DNA of 64,000 nt from Flaccisagitta enflata (lineage: Eukaryota). A program made the position numbers and the translations under genes. The notes beneath the pieces were generated by a model. It ran no database searches. It saw nothing but the letters and a program-made list of their open reading frames with translations, and was not told the origin of the DNA. The stretch lies in assembly GCA_965153355.1 (NCBI GenBank), contig OZ231126.1, positions 6,076,001 to 6,140,000 of the forward strand, read 5' to 3'. Shown piece after piece: positions 1 through 10,746 of this stretch; the stretch's first letter is position 1, and each line of letters starts with the position of its first letter.

Positions 1-75
<75 letters not shown>

Positions 76-315
76 AGGAGACAGAGAGAGGGAAACGGAC
101 AGAGACAGAGATAGGGAGACAGACAGACAGATGGACACAAACAGACAGACTGAAAAAGAGAGACAGAGAGAAATAGAGAAAGAAAAAGAGAGAAGAAGAG
201 AGACAGAGAAACAGAGACAGAGAGAGAGACAGAGAAACAGAGAGAGAGAGACAGAGAGAGAGAGACAGAGAGAGAGACAGAGAGAGAGACAGAGAGAGAG
301 ACAGAGAGACAGAGA
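1..315. repeat. (AG)n / GA-rich microsatellite
   Basis: Pure AG run followed by degenerate AGAC/AGAG units. Confidence 0.95.
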
Positions 316-349
316 AAGAAAAAATCTCGAAAGAGTATGGGTCCGCGAC

Positions 350-1265
350 ATCGAACGGCGGCTGTCGGCATCCAGTGCTGTCAACGGCGTTATCAACGCG
401 CGTTGGTTAAACGCATGTCGAACGCAGCGCGTCAAACGGCTGCTGCTGGGAACGGCGCTGCTCAACGGCGCTGTCAAACGGCGCTTGTCAACGGCGTTGT
501 CTAACGGCGTTGTCAAACGGCGTTGCCAAACGGCGTTAAGCCAAACGGTGTTGCCAAACGGCTGCCGGAACGGCGTTGTCAAACGGGCGGGTCAAATCGC
601 GTTGTCAAACGGCGTTGTCAAACGGCGCTGCTGGGAACGGGCGCTGTCAAAAACGGGCAAGGCGCCAAACGGCAAGGCGTCAAACGGCGCTGCTAACGGC
701 GCTGGCCGGGAACGCGTTGTCAAACGGCGTTGCCAAACGGCGCTTTTTGCCAAACGCGCTTGTCAAACGCGCCAACGGCGTTGTCAAACGCGCGTTAAGC
801 CAAAGCGCTGCCAAACGGCGTTGTCAAACGGCGTTGCCGAATCACGCGATCAACGGCATTGCCAAACGGCGTTGTCAAACGGCGTTGTCAAACGGCGCGG
901 TCAAACGGTGTTGTCAAACGGCGCGTTGGAACGCGTTGCCAACGGCTGCTTGTCAAACGGCGTTGCTAAACGGCGCTTTGTTGCAACGGCGCTTGTTTAA
1001 CGGCGTTGTTTAACGGCGCTGTCGAACGGCGTTGTCAAACGGCGCGTTGTCGAACGGCGCTGTCTAACGGCAAGCAGCCGAACTGGTGCAAGCACAACGG
1101 CGTTGTCAACGATGAAGTGTTATCGAACGCGCATATCGAACAAGATGTTGCTGAACGCTAATGTTGTCGGCGTTGTCAAACGGCGATGTTGCCGAGCAGT
1201 GATACGCGTTGTCGGCGCTTTGTCAAACGGCGTTGTCATCGGTGTTGGTCAGGCGTTGTCAACGC
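350..1265. repeat. Degenerate 13-bp minisatellite (AAACGGCGTTGTC)n
   Basis: Dozens of imperfect copies of aaacggcgttgtc; the overlapping ORFs are translations of the repeat. Confidence 0.9.
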
Positions 1266-1379
1266 CACACAAATACTATTGTTTGGTAACAAAGTTGTCA
1301 AATGTCTTGCTTAAATGGTCTGTCACATAAAGCCGTCAGCCACGCTGAGAGATAAGCTGTTGTCATGCTGCCAGGTTGA

Positions 1380-2331
1380 GCCGACAATTCCTGAGTCTAC
1401 ATACCAAGTTTTCATTGCTGTTTAAACCAAATCGATTAAGAGAATCATCTGTTATGTACATTTTCTACTTTTATGTAGGCTAGGCCATAGTATGCTAAAA
1501 TCTTTACAAATCAACACATATGTTGAGTCCTTCCATTTAGAGAAAATATACCAAGTTTACACCTAATCAGTTGAAAAACGCCAAAGTTATGAACTTTTTA
1601 CTTTAAGAAGCTGGTAGGCTAGTTATGCATAGGCTGTTTCATGGTTAGCATGCTGAAATTCACGATTCAAACAAATACTTATATTGAGTCCCAGTATTCA
1701 GAAAACTACGTGAGCAAGTTTCAACTAATCGGTTGAAAAATGAGTTATGCACATTTTTCACTATTCGGCTGGTAGGCTGGTTGGGTGGTAGGCCGGTTTG
1801 GCTGATTAGCATGCTGCTGAAATCTTTACAATTCAAATACATAAGTTGAGTCCTTCCATTTTGAGACTACATACCAAGTTTTAACCAAATCGGTTGAAAA
1901 ATGCAGTAGTTATTCATGCACGTTTTTCTACTTTTCGGCTAGGTAGGTAGTTGGGTGGTAGGTTTGTTTGGCTGGTTAGCATGCTAAAATTTACACCAAA
2001 TTGCTGTTGAGTCCTTCCATTTAGAGACTACATACTAAGCTTCAAAACTGAAATTTCAGTTGAAAAACAGCATAGTTATGCATGTTTTTACTTTGGCTGC
2101 AGGGTTGGTTAGTGGTAGGCCAGTTTGCATGGTTAAAGACAAGAAAAATCTTTACAATTCAAATATATATGTTGAGTCCTTCCATTTAGAGACTACATAC
2201 CAAGTTTCAACTAAATCTGTTAAAAATGCCAAAGTTATGTACATTTTTCACTTTTAGGCTGGTAGGCTGGTTATTTCCGGTTAGGGTCGGATCATAACAT
2301 ACGCATAGGCCGCAAAGCGGCTTACCCAAGT
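1380..2331 (+). mobile_element. ~160-bp tandem array ending in a GC hairpin; possible non-autonomous Helitron/Helentron-type element
   Basis: Unit gttgagtccttccatttagagactacataccaagttt recurs near 1522, 1683, 1845, 2006 and 2171; a subterminal hairpin gccgc-aaa-gcggc lies near 2308-2321. Confidence 0.5.
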
Positions 2332-2437
2332 ACAACTTCCCTCCCAATATGAAGGCAAACTGTCAGATATGTTCAAAAGGCTCATTTTTAACGACGACGA
2401 CAACAACGACGACAACAAACGACGACGACGACATTAC

Positions 2438-2505
2438 CTGCCTCGAATAGGGGTCTGCGTCGGGAATGGTATTTCTCTGTCGCGGTTAAAAATAGGAGAA
2501 AGAAA

Positions 2506-2563
<58 letters not shown>

Positions 2564-3270
2564 AGTTATTAACCTCAAATTACCTCATTAAAGAAACGAT
2601 ATTGTGGAAACAAGGAAATATTGCAAAACCAGTCCTCTAAATTATCGAGCGTCTCAATGAACATCAAATAAAATATATTGTTTAGTATCTTGTGTAATTA
2701 TGATTTAAGCGTTAATGTATCTTAAGCAAGGCTCGGAATTTGATAAAACCCAGCGCACTGGGAACACTGCACGTAGGTGGCTTGAGCGGGATAATATTAG
2801 GAAATTGATTTCCCATCGAGGTGAGATTTGGTGGTCTGTGCAGCTGTGTGCTTCCGTCCCCACACCGCACGCCGCGCATCTAGATGAGGTCGAATTTTCA
2901 CCTACCGCATTTGTGTATTTCAATGATGTGCGTCAAGATGTTTTCGGCGATGTCAAGGCAGTTGGTTTGCATTTTGGGTAACCAACTTGGATGTTGTCGG
3001 ATGTGAGCGAGCGCGTCATGGTAGTTAGGATAATTGATATATTCCTACATGGAACAATGAGAAAAGAGAATGTGGAAAGTTTAATGGGGGGTTGGTGAGC
3101 AGTGATTACGTTCTCAATCTTGGACACCTCTGGAGAGAAGAGATAATAATTTTTATCTTTGCAAAACGCATTTGTTTTTGGAATCACATACGCTCTTTCA
3201 GGCTCTCTCTCTCTCTCTCTCTGCTTTTCGCCTTCACTTCTTCAACTTCCGCTTCCACTTCTACTTCCAT
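2438..3270 (-). CDS. Unidentified multi-exon gene fragment (exons 3270-3192, 3129-3110, 3044-2902, 2835-2773, 2476-2438); continues leftward
   Basis: Five GT-AG-bounded, phase-compatible exons join into MEVEVEAEVEEVKAKSRERERESLKEQVSKIENEYINYPNYHDALAHIRQHPSWLPKMQTNCLDIAENILTHIIEIHKCGRPPNLTSMGNQFPNIIPLKPPTEIPFPTQTPIRG. No family recognised; the start codon and the 2773 donor are uncertain. Confidence 0.5.
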
Positions 3271-3534
3271 CTTCCTCCGGTTCTCCGACAACTGTTCCAA
3301 TCGTAATCGAGATGTTGGAAAGCTTATATTCTTCTACTTTTGCCAAATACTTTCATTATGAGCAGGTCAACCACGTTAAGCTTAGACAAAATGACCATTC
3401 CACTAGGCATTATGTCCCAATACAGTACAGTGCAGTACAGTTATGTACACATGGACGCAAAATACAGCGTGATGAGGCGCCAAAAGCCAAAAACAAATAA
3501 GCACCCCCCACTACAGCCATAGTGGCTGATTAAA

Positions 3535-3567
3535 NNNNNNNNNNNNNNNNNNNNNNNNNNNNNNNNN
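3535..3567. other. Assembly gap (33 N)
   Basis: Run of N. Confidence 1.
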
Positions 3568-4144
3568 AGGGGAAATAGTAGAGCAAAAATTCAAAACCTG
3601 TGAAGGGAAAATTCTAAGACTTGAGTAAATTGAACAATTTTGCATTTCTAAGAACATGGCCCTCATCTTATATGTTCTTAGAATGAGGCCATGTTTTTGG
3701 AAATGCAAAATATTGCATTTAGAGACAGTCTTAGAATTTTCCTTAAGACAAGTCAAGTTGCAAAATTAAATTTCCTATAGATTTCCTTCTTTTTTCTCCC
3801 CTTTTCACTGGCTCAGCACTTTTTTTTTTATCCAAAAATGATATTCTATGCAAAACTAAAAACAATTTAACATAACAATGATATTTTTTGATGAAAAAAG
3901 TTTAGATTTATAAGATTTAAAATATTCAAAAAAATGTTTTGACTCCCCTTATTTGTCCTCCATTTGCACCTCGACTTCTGTACTTGAACATCAATGTTCT
4001 GACTAATGGTGACAATCTTCCCTTCGTTTCTTCTACTCTCTTTGAGATTTTACAATCATCGTCCATTTCCTCCTTTCTCTTGACATGTGAATAAACTTGA
4101 TGTAGTATATTAACTAGTGGGAACTTTGCACCTTCCTTCAACAG

Positions 4145-4404
4145 GAATGGAACAAAACATTCGCGCGATCGAAGTTTGGGGATGTTCCAGTTCACGTGTA
4201 TTAGATCAACAAAAGAGCCAAAAGACTTGGGAACAAAAAGAAGCCGTCAAAGGACAAACAGTCAGAAGAGAAGCGGCTTTTGGAGGAGGAGGAGGAACAG
4301 GAGGAGCTGGAAGAGGAGCGGCGAGGGCGGGGTGGCAGGACAATCCAGATAGATTGCTGCTGGAAATGGGAGGCGTCTGTACGGATCATAATAGAAGGAA
4401 TTGA
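4145..4404 (+). CDS. Terminal coding exon of a TLDc-domain protein (MEAK7/Rtc5-like)
   Basis: Acceptor ccttcaacag|ga (phase 1); encodes MEQNIRAIEVWGCSS...KTWEQKEAVK...WQDNPDRLLLEMGG...*, i.e. the TLDc-closing IEVWG motif plus the W-x-D-x-PD-x-x-LL tail. Confidence 0.8.
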
Positions 4405-4410
4405 TGTTGG

Positions 4411-4481
<71 letters not shown>

Positions 4482-5200
4482 CCAACCAATGACGACTTGA
4501 CTCTATTACAATAGAAAGTCGAAAGAGGAAAAAATGTGACAATCTTATCGAAGGCACAAAGTATCTCCAAGCCCCTATGGGCGTTGCGAGTGTGGTTGTC
4601 AAACCGAGGTTCTTACATCGACTAAATTTCTGCAGTGGACATGGGACAATAATTCAGTTTCAAATCTGTGATCATGCGACTGTAATTGTGGTGACAATTG
4701 GTCCAGCTGTGTGATTAGAAAGAGGTTTTGGTTTCGGAATCTTGCCCCCCCCCCTCTTCCCCCCTCCTACCGCTCTTATCATTACGAATACGCGAATATC
4801 GAAAATAACTTTGCTATTGTTCCTTTTCATCTTTTAGCAATAAAAAGCGTGCTTTTTACCAGTTTTTGTCAGATTTTGCAGCGCCTGTGATATTTTAGGC
4901 AGAGGTTCGAAAAAGTAAACTGTATTAGATTTGACGCTGAACCGTTATCAAAATTACATCAGCTCAGATTAGGACCGTCAATGTTGGAAAACGCTTGAGT
5001 GGGGTGAGTGGGCAAAGTCGGTGAGGAAGGTGGAAACTGAAACTATAGAACGTTCTTGTGTCTCGTCGATGCAAACTATCAGCGTCGCGTCATTTTCCAG
5101 TATATGACACAGTCTCATACATGACGAGCTGAGAAAACGATCATAATTATCAGTTTCCAGTCAACGTGACAGCTTCTATATACTCATTAAGCTCGAAGAG

Positions 5201-6941
5201 ATGGCGTCTTGTCGTCGTCCCGAGCATTTGGCGCCTCCGGAGATTTTCTACGGCGAAGATGAAGCTCGCAAATACACGACCAACTCGCGCATGATCGAAA
5301 TTCAAGAGCAAATGTCCACCAGGGCTTTGGAACTGCTGGCGCTGCCCGATGAAACACCCGCGCTCATTCTCGATCTGGGTCAGTGTGTGTGTGTCAGCTT
5401 TTGGACGGGAGCAATGCTGTGAAAATCGTCTTTAAACGCCGGTGAAGCAAGGCGTAACCGATGAATGGACGGACGGACTAACATTTTAGTAATGGCTTCT
5501 GTATGTTCAGGTCAGGTTTCTAGTTTACGCTTCCGTGTTTTAGTTTCGGTGGATGAAATCCTTATTTGCATATTGCAGTCTCAAGTTTCATACACGCCAG
5601 AAAACGTTTTATAAAGAAGAGAAGAATCATTCTCCGCCCCAAATTTAATTATGGCAAAACAAAAAGATCCAAAGATCTCGTAATAACAATTCGAATGAGG
5701 GAGTGCAAAATTTCATTCTAGAATCATTTTACCGGTTAGAAAAATTGTGATTTGTTCGATGGGATGACCATGAAGAAAAATTATGTCGAGTGGAACGGAA
5801 TTTCCCGACATAGCCTATTTATATCTTAAGCTTCAGGCTTGATAGTAGTGCTGCATGCCAGGGCATTTGCGCAGTTTGCGTCATCTCGGACAGCCAATTA
5901 ACAGCACTGTCTCTGTCTTCGGGATTTAACCATGTTTCGAGTTGCGGATCTGGGTTGAACGGGGAGGCGAAAGAGGAGGCCGGCTAGAATTAACAGTTCT
6001 GTCTCTGTCTTCGGGATTTAACTATGTTGCAGGTTGCGGCTCTGGGTTAAGCGGGGAGGCTATCGAAGAGGCCGGCCATCAATGGATCGGATTTGACATC
6101 TCAAAAGCCATGCTGGATGTCGCGGTAGAAAGAGAGGTCAGTCGGACTGTCACGCTTTCGGAATCACCTCCTGTGCGTCGATACTGCTTACAGTAAAGAT
6201 GACAGATATGAGAATAAGATGATCAAAGGAGTCTATATTTCGTATTCAGAAAAATCTTTCGATTACATGTACATACTTCGAGCTTAGTGAAGCCCCAAAA
6301 ATGGTCTTTTTTTTTACTACCGTTTTTAGGCTTCCGGCGATCTTCTTCTGCACGATTTGGGTCAAGGTTTGGGACTTCGGCCCGGCTGCGCTGATGGCGC
6401 CATCTCCATTTCCGCTTTGCAGTGGCTCTGCAACGCCGATAAAGCCTTTCATAAACCCGCTAAAAGACTCGCCACATTCTTCGCTTCTCTCTACGCGGCG
6501 CTGGCCAGAGGCGCCAGAGCAGTTTTCCAGTTTTACCCTGAAAATGACTCGCAAGTGGAATTAATAACGCAACAGGGTAAGATGGCTTATCCCCAATTAT
6601 AGTCGACGTGCAGCTGCAACCAGCTATTATGGAACCAAGAATAACGGAAATCCGGTTACACTGAATGTATGAAACTATTGTCCTCATATCAAAGCTTTTA
6701 TTTCATACATCGGCAATAAGAAAAATCCACTTGTAATAGTGGTATCAGAAGGCCCTCAATCGCGTATGATTCTTCCGGCTTTGAGTTGCTAATAAATTCA
6801 TGCTTTATAAATTGTTAACTTTGACAGCAATGAAGGCTGGATTCAGCGGTGGTTTGGTCGTGGATTATCCCAACAGCTCAAAAGCTAAAAAGATCTTCCT
6901 CTGCTTAATGACGGGCGGAGGCAACGAGAAATTGCCAAAAG
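5201..6941 (+). CDS. BUD23: 18S rRNA m7G methyltransferase BUD23/WBSCR22, exons 1-4 (5201-5378, 6033-6136, 6330-6576, 6828-6941); C-terminal exons not found
   Basis: [12 protein letters not shown]...[29 protein letters not shown] motif across intron 1, [47 protein letters not shown]. All GT-AG junctions are phase-compatible. Confidence 0.95.
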
Positions 6942-7109
6942 GTATATCAAACTTAAATGCTTTAGCATCTGAACGATCGATTGATTGTCCTGCGAGTTTT
7001 GGTGTCAATATTAGGGTATTGGGGAGCTGTTCAGCAAAATTGATGTGAAAAAGGGCTTCTAACGTTCCCTTTGCCTTAACCATTAATACCTTCTGGCTTC
7101 TGATGACTA

Positions 7110-7923
7110 GGGAGGGGTGGGGCAAATCGGGCCAGGGGCAAATCGGGCCACTTGTGTATAATAATGTCACTTCTGAAATGAATATTGGGATAAAAGTAGT
7201 GATGATCCTGCTATGAGTTGCACCAGTCAATGGGGTTGTTGGGGTGATGTTTCTTCAGAACTGCTGCAGCAACAGCAGCATCAGCACAACTTCATTCCTA
7301 ACCTATACTGATACGATAACTGATAGATTGTGATAAACTTTATCACAACTTCAACTATTGTCATTTTGGGTAACTTTTTGTTATTGGATATGGGGATTGG
7401 GTCCAATACCTTACAAATTGCATGAATCTTTGATACCAATTTCCTAGTCTTGCTGTATGACAAGACGATCAAAACGTGGGGCAAATCGGGCCACCAGGAA
7501 AGTCCTTTAATTTCTTTGTTAGCAGATTTTTCATGGCTGTAAAAGGCAACATTTTTGGGCCCAGGAGTAGTTCTCTTTTTTCAGTATGTAAAATTGAACG
7601 AATTTGGCAATTAGGTAATTTAATTGAACCCCAACTCAGCTCCTGGCATCCTGGCAAAAAATTTTGGGCAATTTTGTGCGCCCCTAGAGGAATATGCAAA
7701 TGAAGCTTAGTGGCCCGATTTGCCCCACCTGGGGTAAATCGGGCCACAACAGGTTTTTTCAAAAATATGGGCCCCTATGGGGCTCACTCAGGAATTCATA
7801 ATGTCAGCCCTAAACCTATGGATAAATGCTACCTTAACATGGAAATCATTTGCTTTGGAGGATAAATTTGAAAAATTCCCATTACAAAAACCGTAAAAGT
7901 GGCCCGATTTGCCCCACCCCCCC
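7110..7923. mobile_element. Tc1/mariner-pogo-type MITE, copy 1
   Basis: TIRs GGG(A/G)GGGGTGGGGCAAATCGGGCCA / TGGCCCGATTTGCCCCACCCCCCC, flanked by TA; near-identical copy at 27178-27974. Confidence 0.9.
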
Positions 7924-7988
7924 TAGTAAATATGATGGTCAGCCCTGAGAATTTTGATGTGACTGAATTCTTGGAAAAAATGAATGAT

Positions 7989-8217
7989 TCTCTACACAAT
8001 TTTGTTTTTGTTTCTGAATCCTCCGCCAGAGCGAATTTAATTCGAATAGCTTCGGGCCGTAATAAATAAAACCCAGCCAACCCTTAGCCCTAAAGCTAAC
8101 CCTGTCCCTAACCCTAACCCTAAAACTATCCCCAACCCTAAATCTAACCCTGAACCCACCTCTAACCCTAATTTAGAAAACCGCTTAAAAAGTCTTAAAA
8201 ACAAAAGATCACAGATG
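7989..8217. repeat. Dispersed repeat carrying degenerate (CCCTAA)n
   Basis: Aligns with 57461-57684; a related reverse-oriented tract lies at about 21820-21925. Confidence 0.8.
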
Positions 8218-9009
8218 ATCGTACAATTGTACCGAATTCTCGAGCATGAGAAACTGTACTGTCATATGCTGTAATGTACCGTAGTGAAGTACTATATCAG
8301 AGAATGTACTTTGTGAGTCCTGGAACGTCACCTCAATATTTTTGTGAGTCCCCTCTCGTTTCCTCTTTTGTCAGCGGCGAAGTTCTGTAGAACACAAGGA
8401 AACTTTCATTCGTCTGTCCGTCCATTGTTTGTTTGTTCGTGCGTTCGTGCGTCTCCCCCCCCCCTGGATCAAGCCCATCAATCAACCCATATAGGGCTCA
8501 AGTCAGCCCCAAATCAGCCCTCAAATTAGTCTCTTTTGTCTAAATTTTTTATCACAACTCTTTGTGATTAGTTTTTTCAATAATTTTGAGTGCAGATTTC
8601 ATCTCAGATAATAGTTTCTGGTTTGTTTGATATGCTCACACTATATATTAAAAAAAAAGTTTATGTTTCTATATAAACATATAAAACAATGTTAAGATAG
8701 CAAAATAAACTTTTCATTTATTTTGCAAAAGTATATAGTGTGACATATCAAACAAATCTGCATATAAAAGAAGCGAAACTATTTCGCAAAAAGTTCTGAT
8801 AAGAAATTAACAAAATGGTACTATTTTTAAGAATATCGTAAAAAGTGCCCTGAAGCAGATTCCATTTTTCTTAGATATGTTTTATAAGCACCATCAGGGT
8901 CCTGAAACCATCCGAGTTGGTGGCGATCATTTCAGGTCAACTAGCTTCACGCTCTGGGTGGCTGTGGAGATTAATTGTAATAATATAAGCTGCCATTCTC
9001 TATCTTATA

Positions 9010-9597
9010 CAGTGGGGTTCGTGGAATAACAGCCTAAACTGGAGGAAGGTATTTAAGTGTCTTAATTTCATTTGACAAACTTGATATTTGAAATATAAGT
9101 TGTTCACTTGATGCTTTTGTCCCTGAGTTTTTTGGTTGCTATGGAAACCATAATTTTTTTTTGAACATTTATAACAACTAGAATATCAATATTTTGACAA
9201 ATATTATTAGGGAACATTGCTCATAATTAAATTTGCTACAACTTTCCCACAGTATGTCCTGTAAGAATATTGCTCGTTTAGCCTTTGCTAGGGAGCATCA
9301 TTTGGTTGCTAGGTGTGATGCCCCTAACTTAGCGACAAACAGGCAATGATCTTCTAGAGCTATACTGTGGAAAGATTATGCAAATTAATTCTGAGCTGTG
9401 TTCCCTGATAATATTTCTCAAAATATTGATATTTTAGTGGTTATAAATGTTTGAAAAAATAATTTTGGTTTCCATAACAACCAAAAAACACAGGGACAAA
9501 AGCATCGAATGACCAACTTATATTTCAAATATCAAATTTGTCAAATGAAATTAAGACACTTCCTCCAGTTTAGGCTGTTATTCCATAAACCCCACTG
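9010..9597. mobile_element. Foldback MITE, Tc1/mariner type
   Basis: CAGTGGGG...CCCCACTG termini, TA on both sides, arms complementary almost to the centre. Confidence 0.9.
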
Positions 9598-10246
9598 TAT
9601 GTCTTTCTTCATTAAATTGTTGAGACTGTAGGGGTGGGTTTTTGCAGGCTTAACTTCTTGTACTACACTTTCAACTGTAGGCCTAAGACTTATGAGTTTT
9701 CTGGCCCTCCAGGTCCGCTACCCTATTGTGATGACTTCTGACGAATTTACAAAAAAACAATAAAGGTGACTATCGCCGACCAGAAAAAAGTTGTTTACTT
9801 GGGATTTTTCTTGTTTATCAAGTCTTTCTTTTCTTTTTCTAAGATTTATTTTATTTATCAAGTCTTTCTTTTCTTTTTCTCCCCTTTTCGGGAAATTCAG
9901 ACATTGGAGAAGATTTCAACAAGCGCGATTAAGGCTCTCTTCTCCCCACCATTTTTGAGAGATCTAAACCAATTATCATGGATGCGTTGTGAAAATTCAA
10001 CTGTCGTGAATATTCAACAGCCGAAAGCAAAAGCATATAGGTTTCATTAATTTCTCTGAAATGGTGTGGCTAAATGAGCCATTTGAAAGTTTCTTTTTCT
10101 AGTCGCGGACGAGCGACTCTATAAGAGGCTTTGTCCGTCCGTCGGTCCGTTGGTGAGCACGAGTCGAAAAGTGGAAGAACCGAAAATTTCACCCTGTACC
10201 GTCCGCGACTGGTGATGGCCGTGTATCCGGCCTTGTTTATTCGCGT

Positions 10247-10570
10247 ACCTTTTATTTTTTATAAGAACGTGTTTTTTTTCCAAAGGCTTCATGTTCTTAT
10301 TTTTGAGGCAAAATTAAGCCTTCACTGTTCTTAGAGCGTTCTTAATTCTAGAAAACAAACAAATTATAGTAGACCTTTAAATTCACTATCGATTATTAGA
10401 AATAAATGTATTTCTATTAATAATTGCTAAAAGTGATACTAAATTATTAAGTCAAGGGATATTTTTATGGCATTTATGTTTGAAATAACAGAATTTTATT
10501 CTTAATTTTGGGGCAATTTGAAGCCTTGATGTTCTTATAAACTAGGTTCTTATAAAAAATAAAAAGTGTA
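10247..10570. mobile_element. Short AT-rich TIR element
   Basis: ttttattttttataagaac at the left end is complementary to gttcttataaaaaataaaaa at the right end. Confidence 0.6.
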
Positions 10571-10746
10571 GTATGACCCCAGTCAGTGACTCAACTTCCC
10601 TAACTGCCTAAGTGCCCCAAATCGAAAATGAAGAACTTGATTTCTCCCTAACATTTCAAAAAGGCGAATCACGTTATCCGACATTTTCCAATAAATCCGG
10701 GGCTACGGGTATCGGAATTAAAAATATTTCCATTTCCTGTATCTAG

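Noticed and set aside
131-1330. Long ORFs at the window start
   Set aside because: They are translations of the AG microsatellite and the 13-bp minisatellite.
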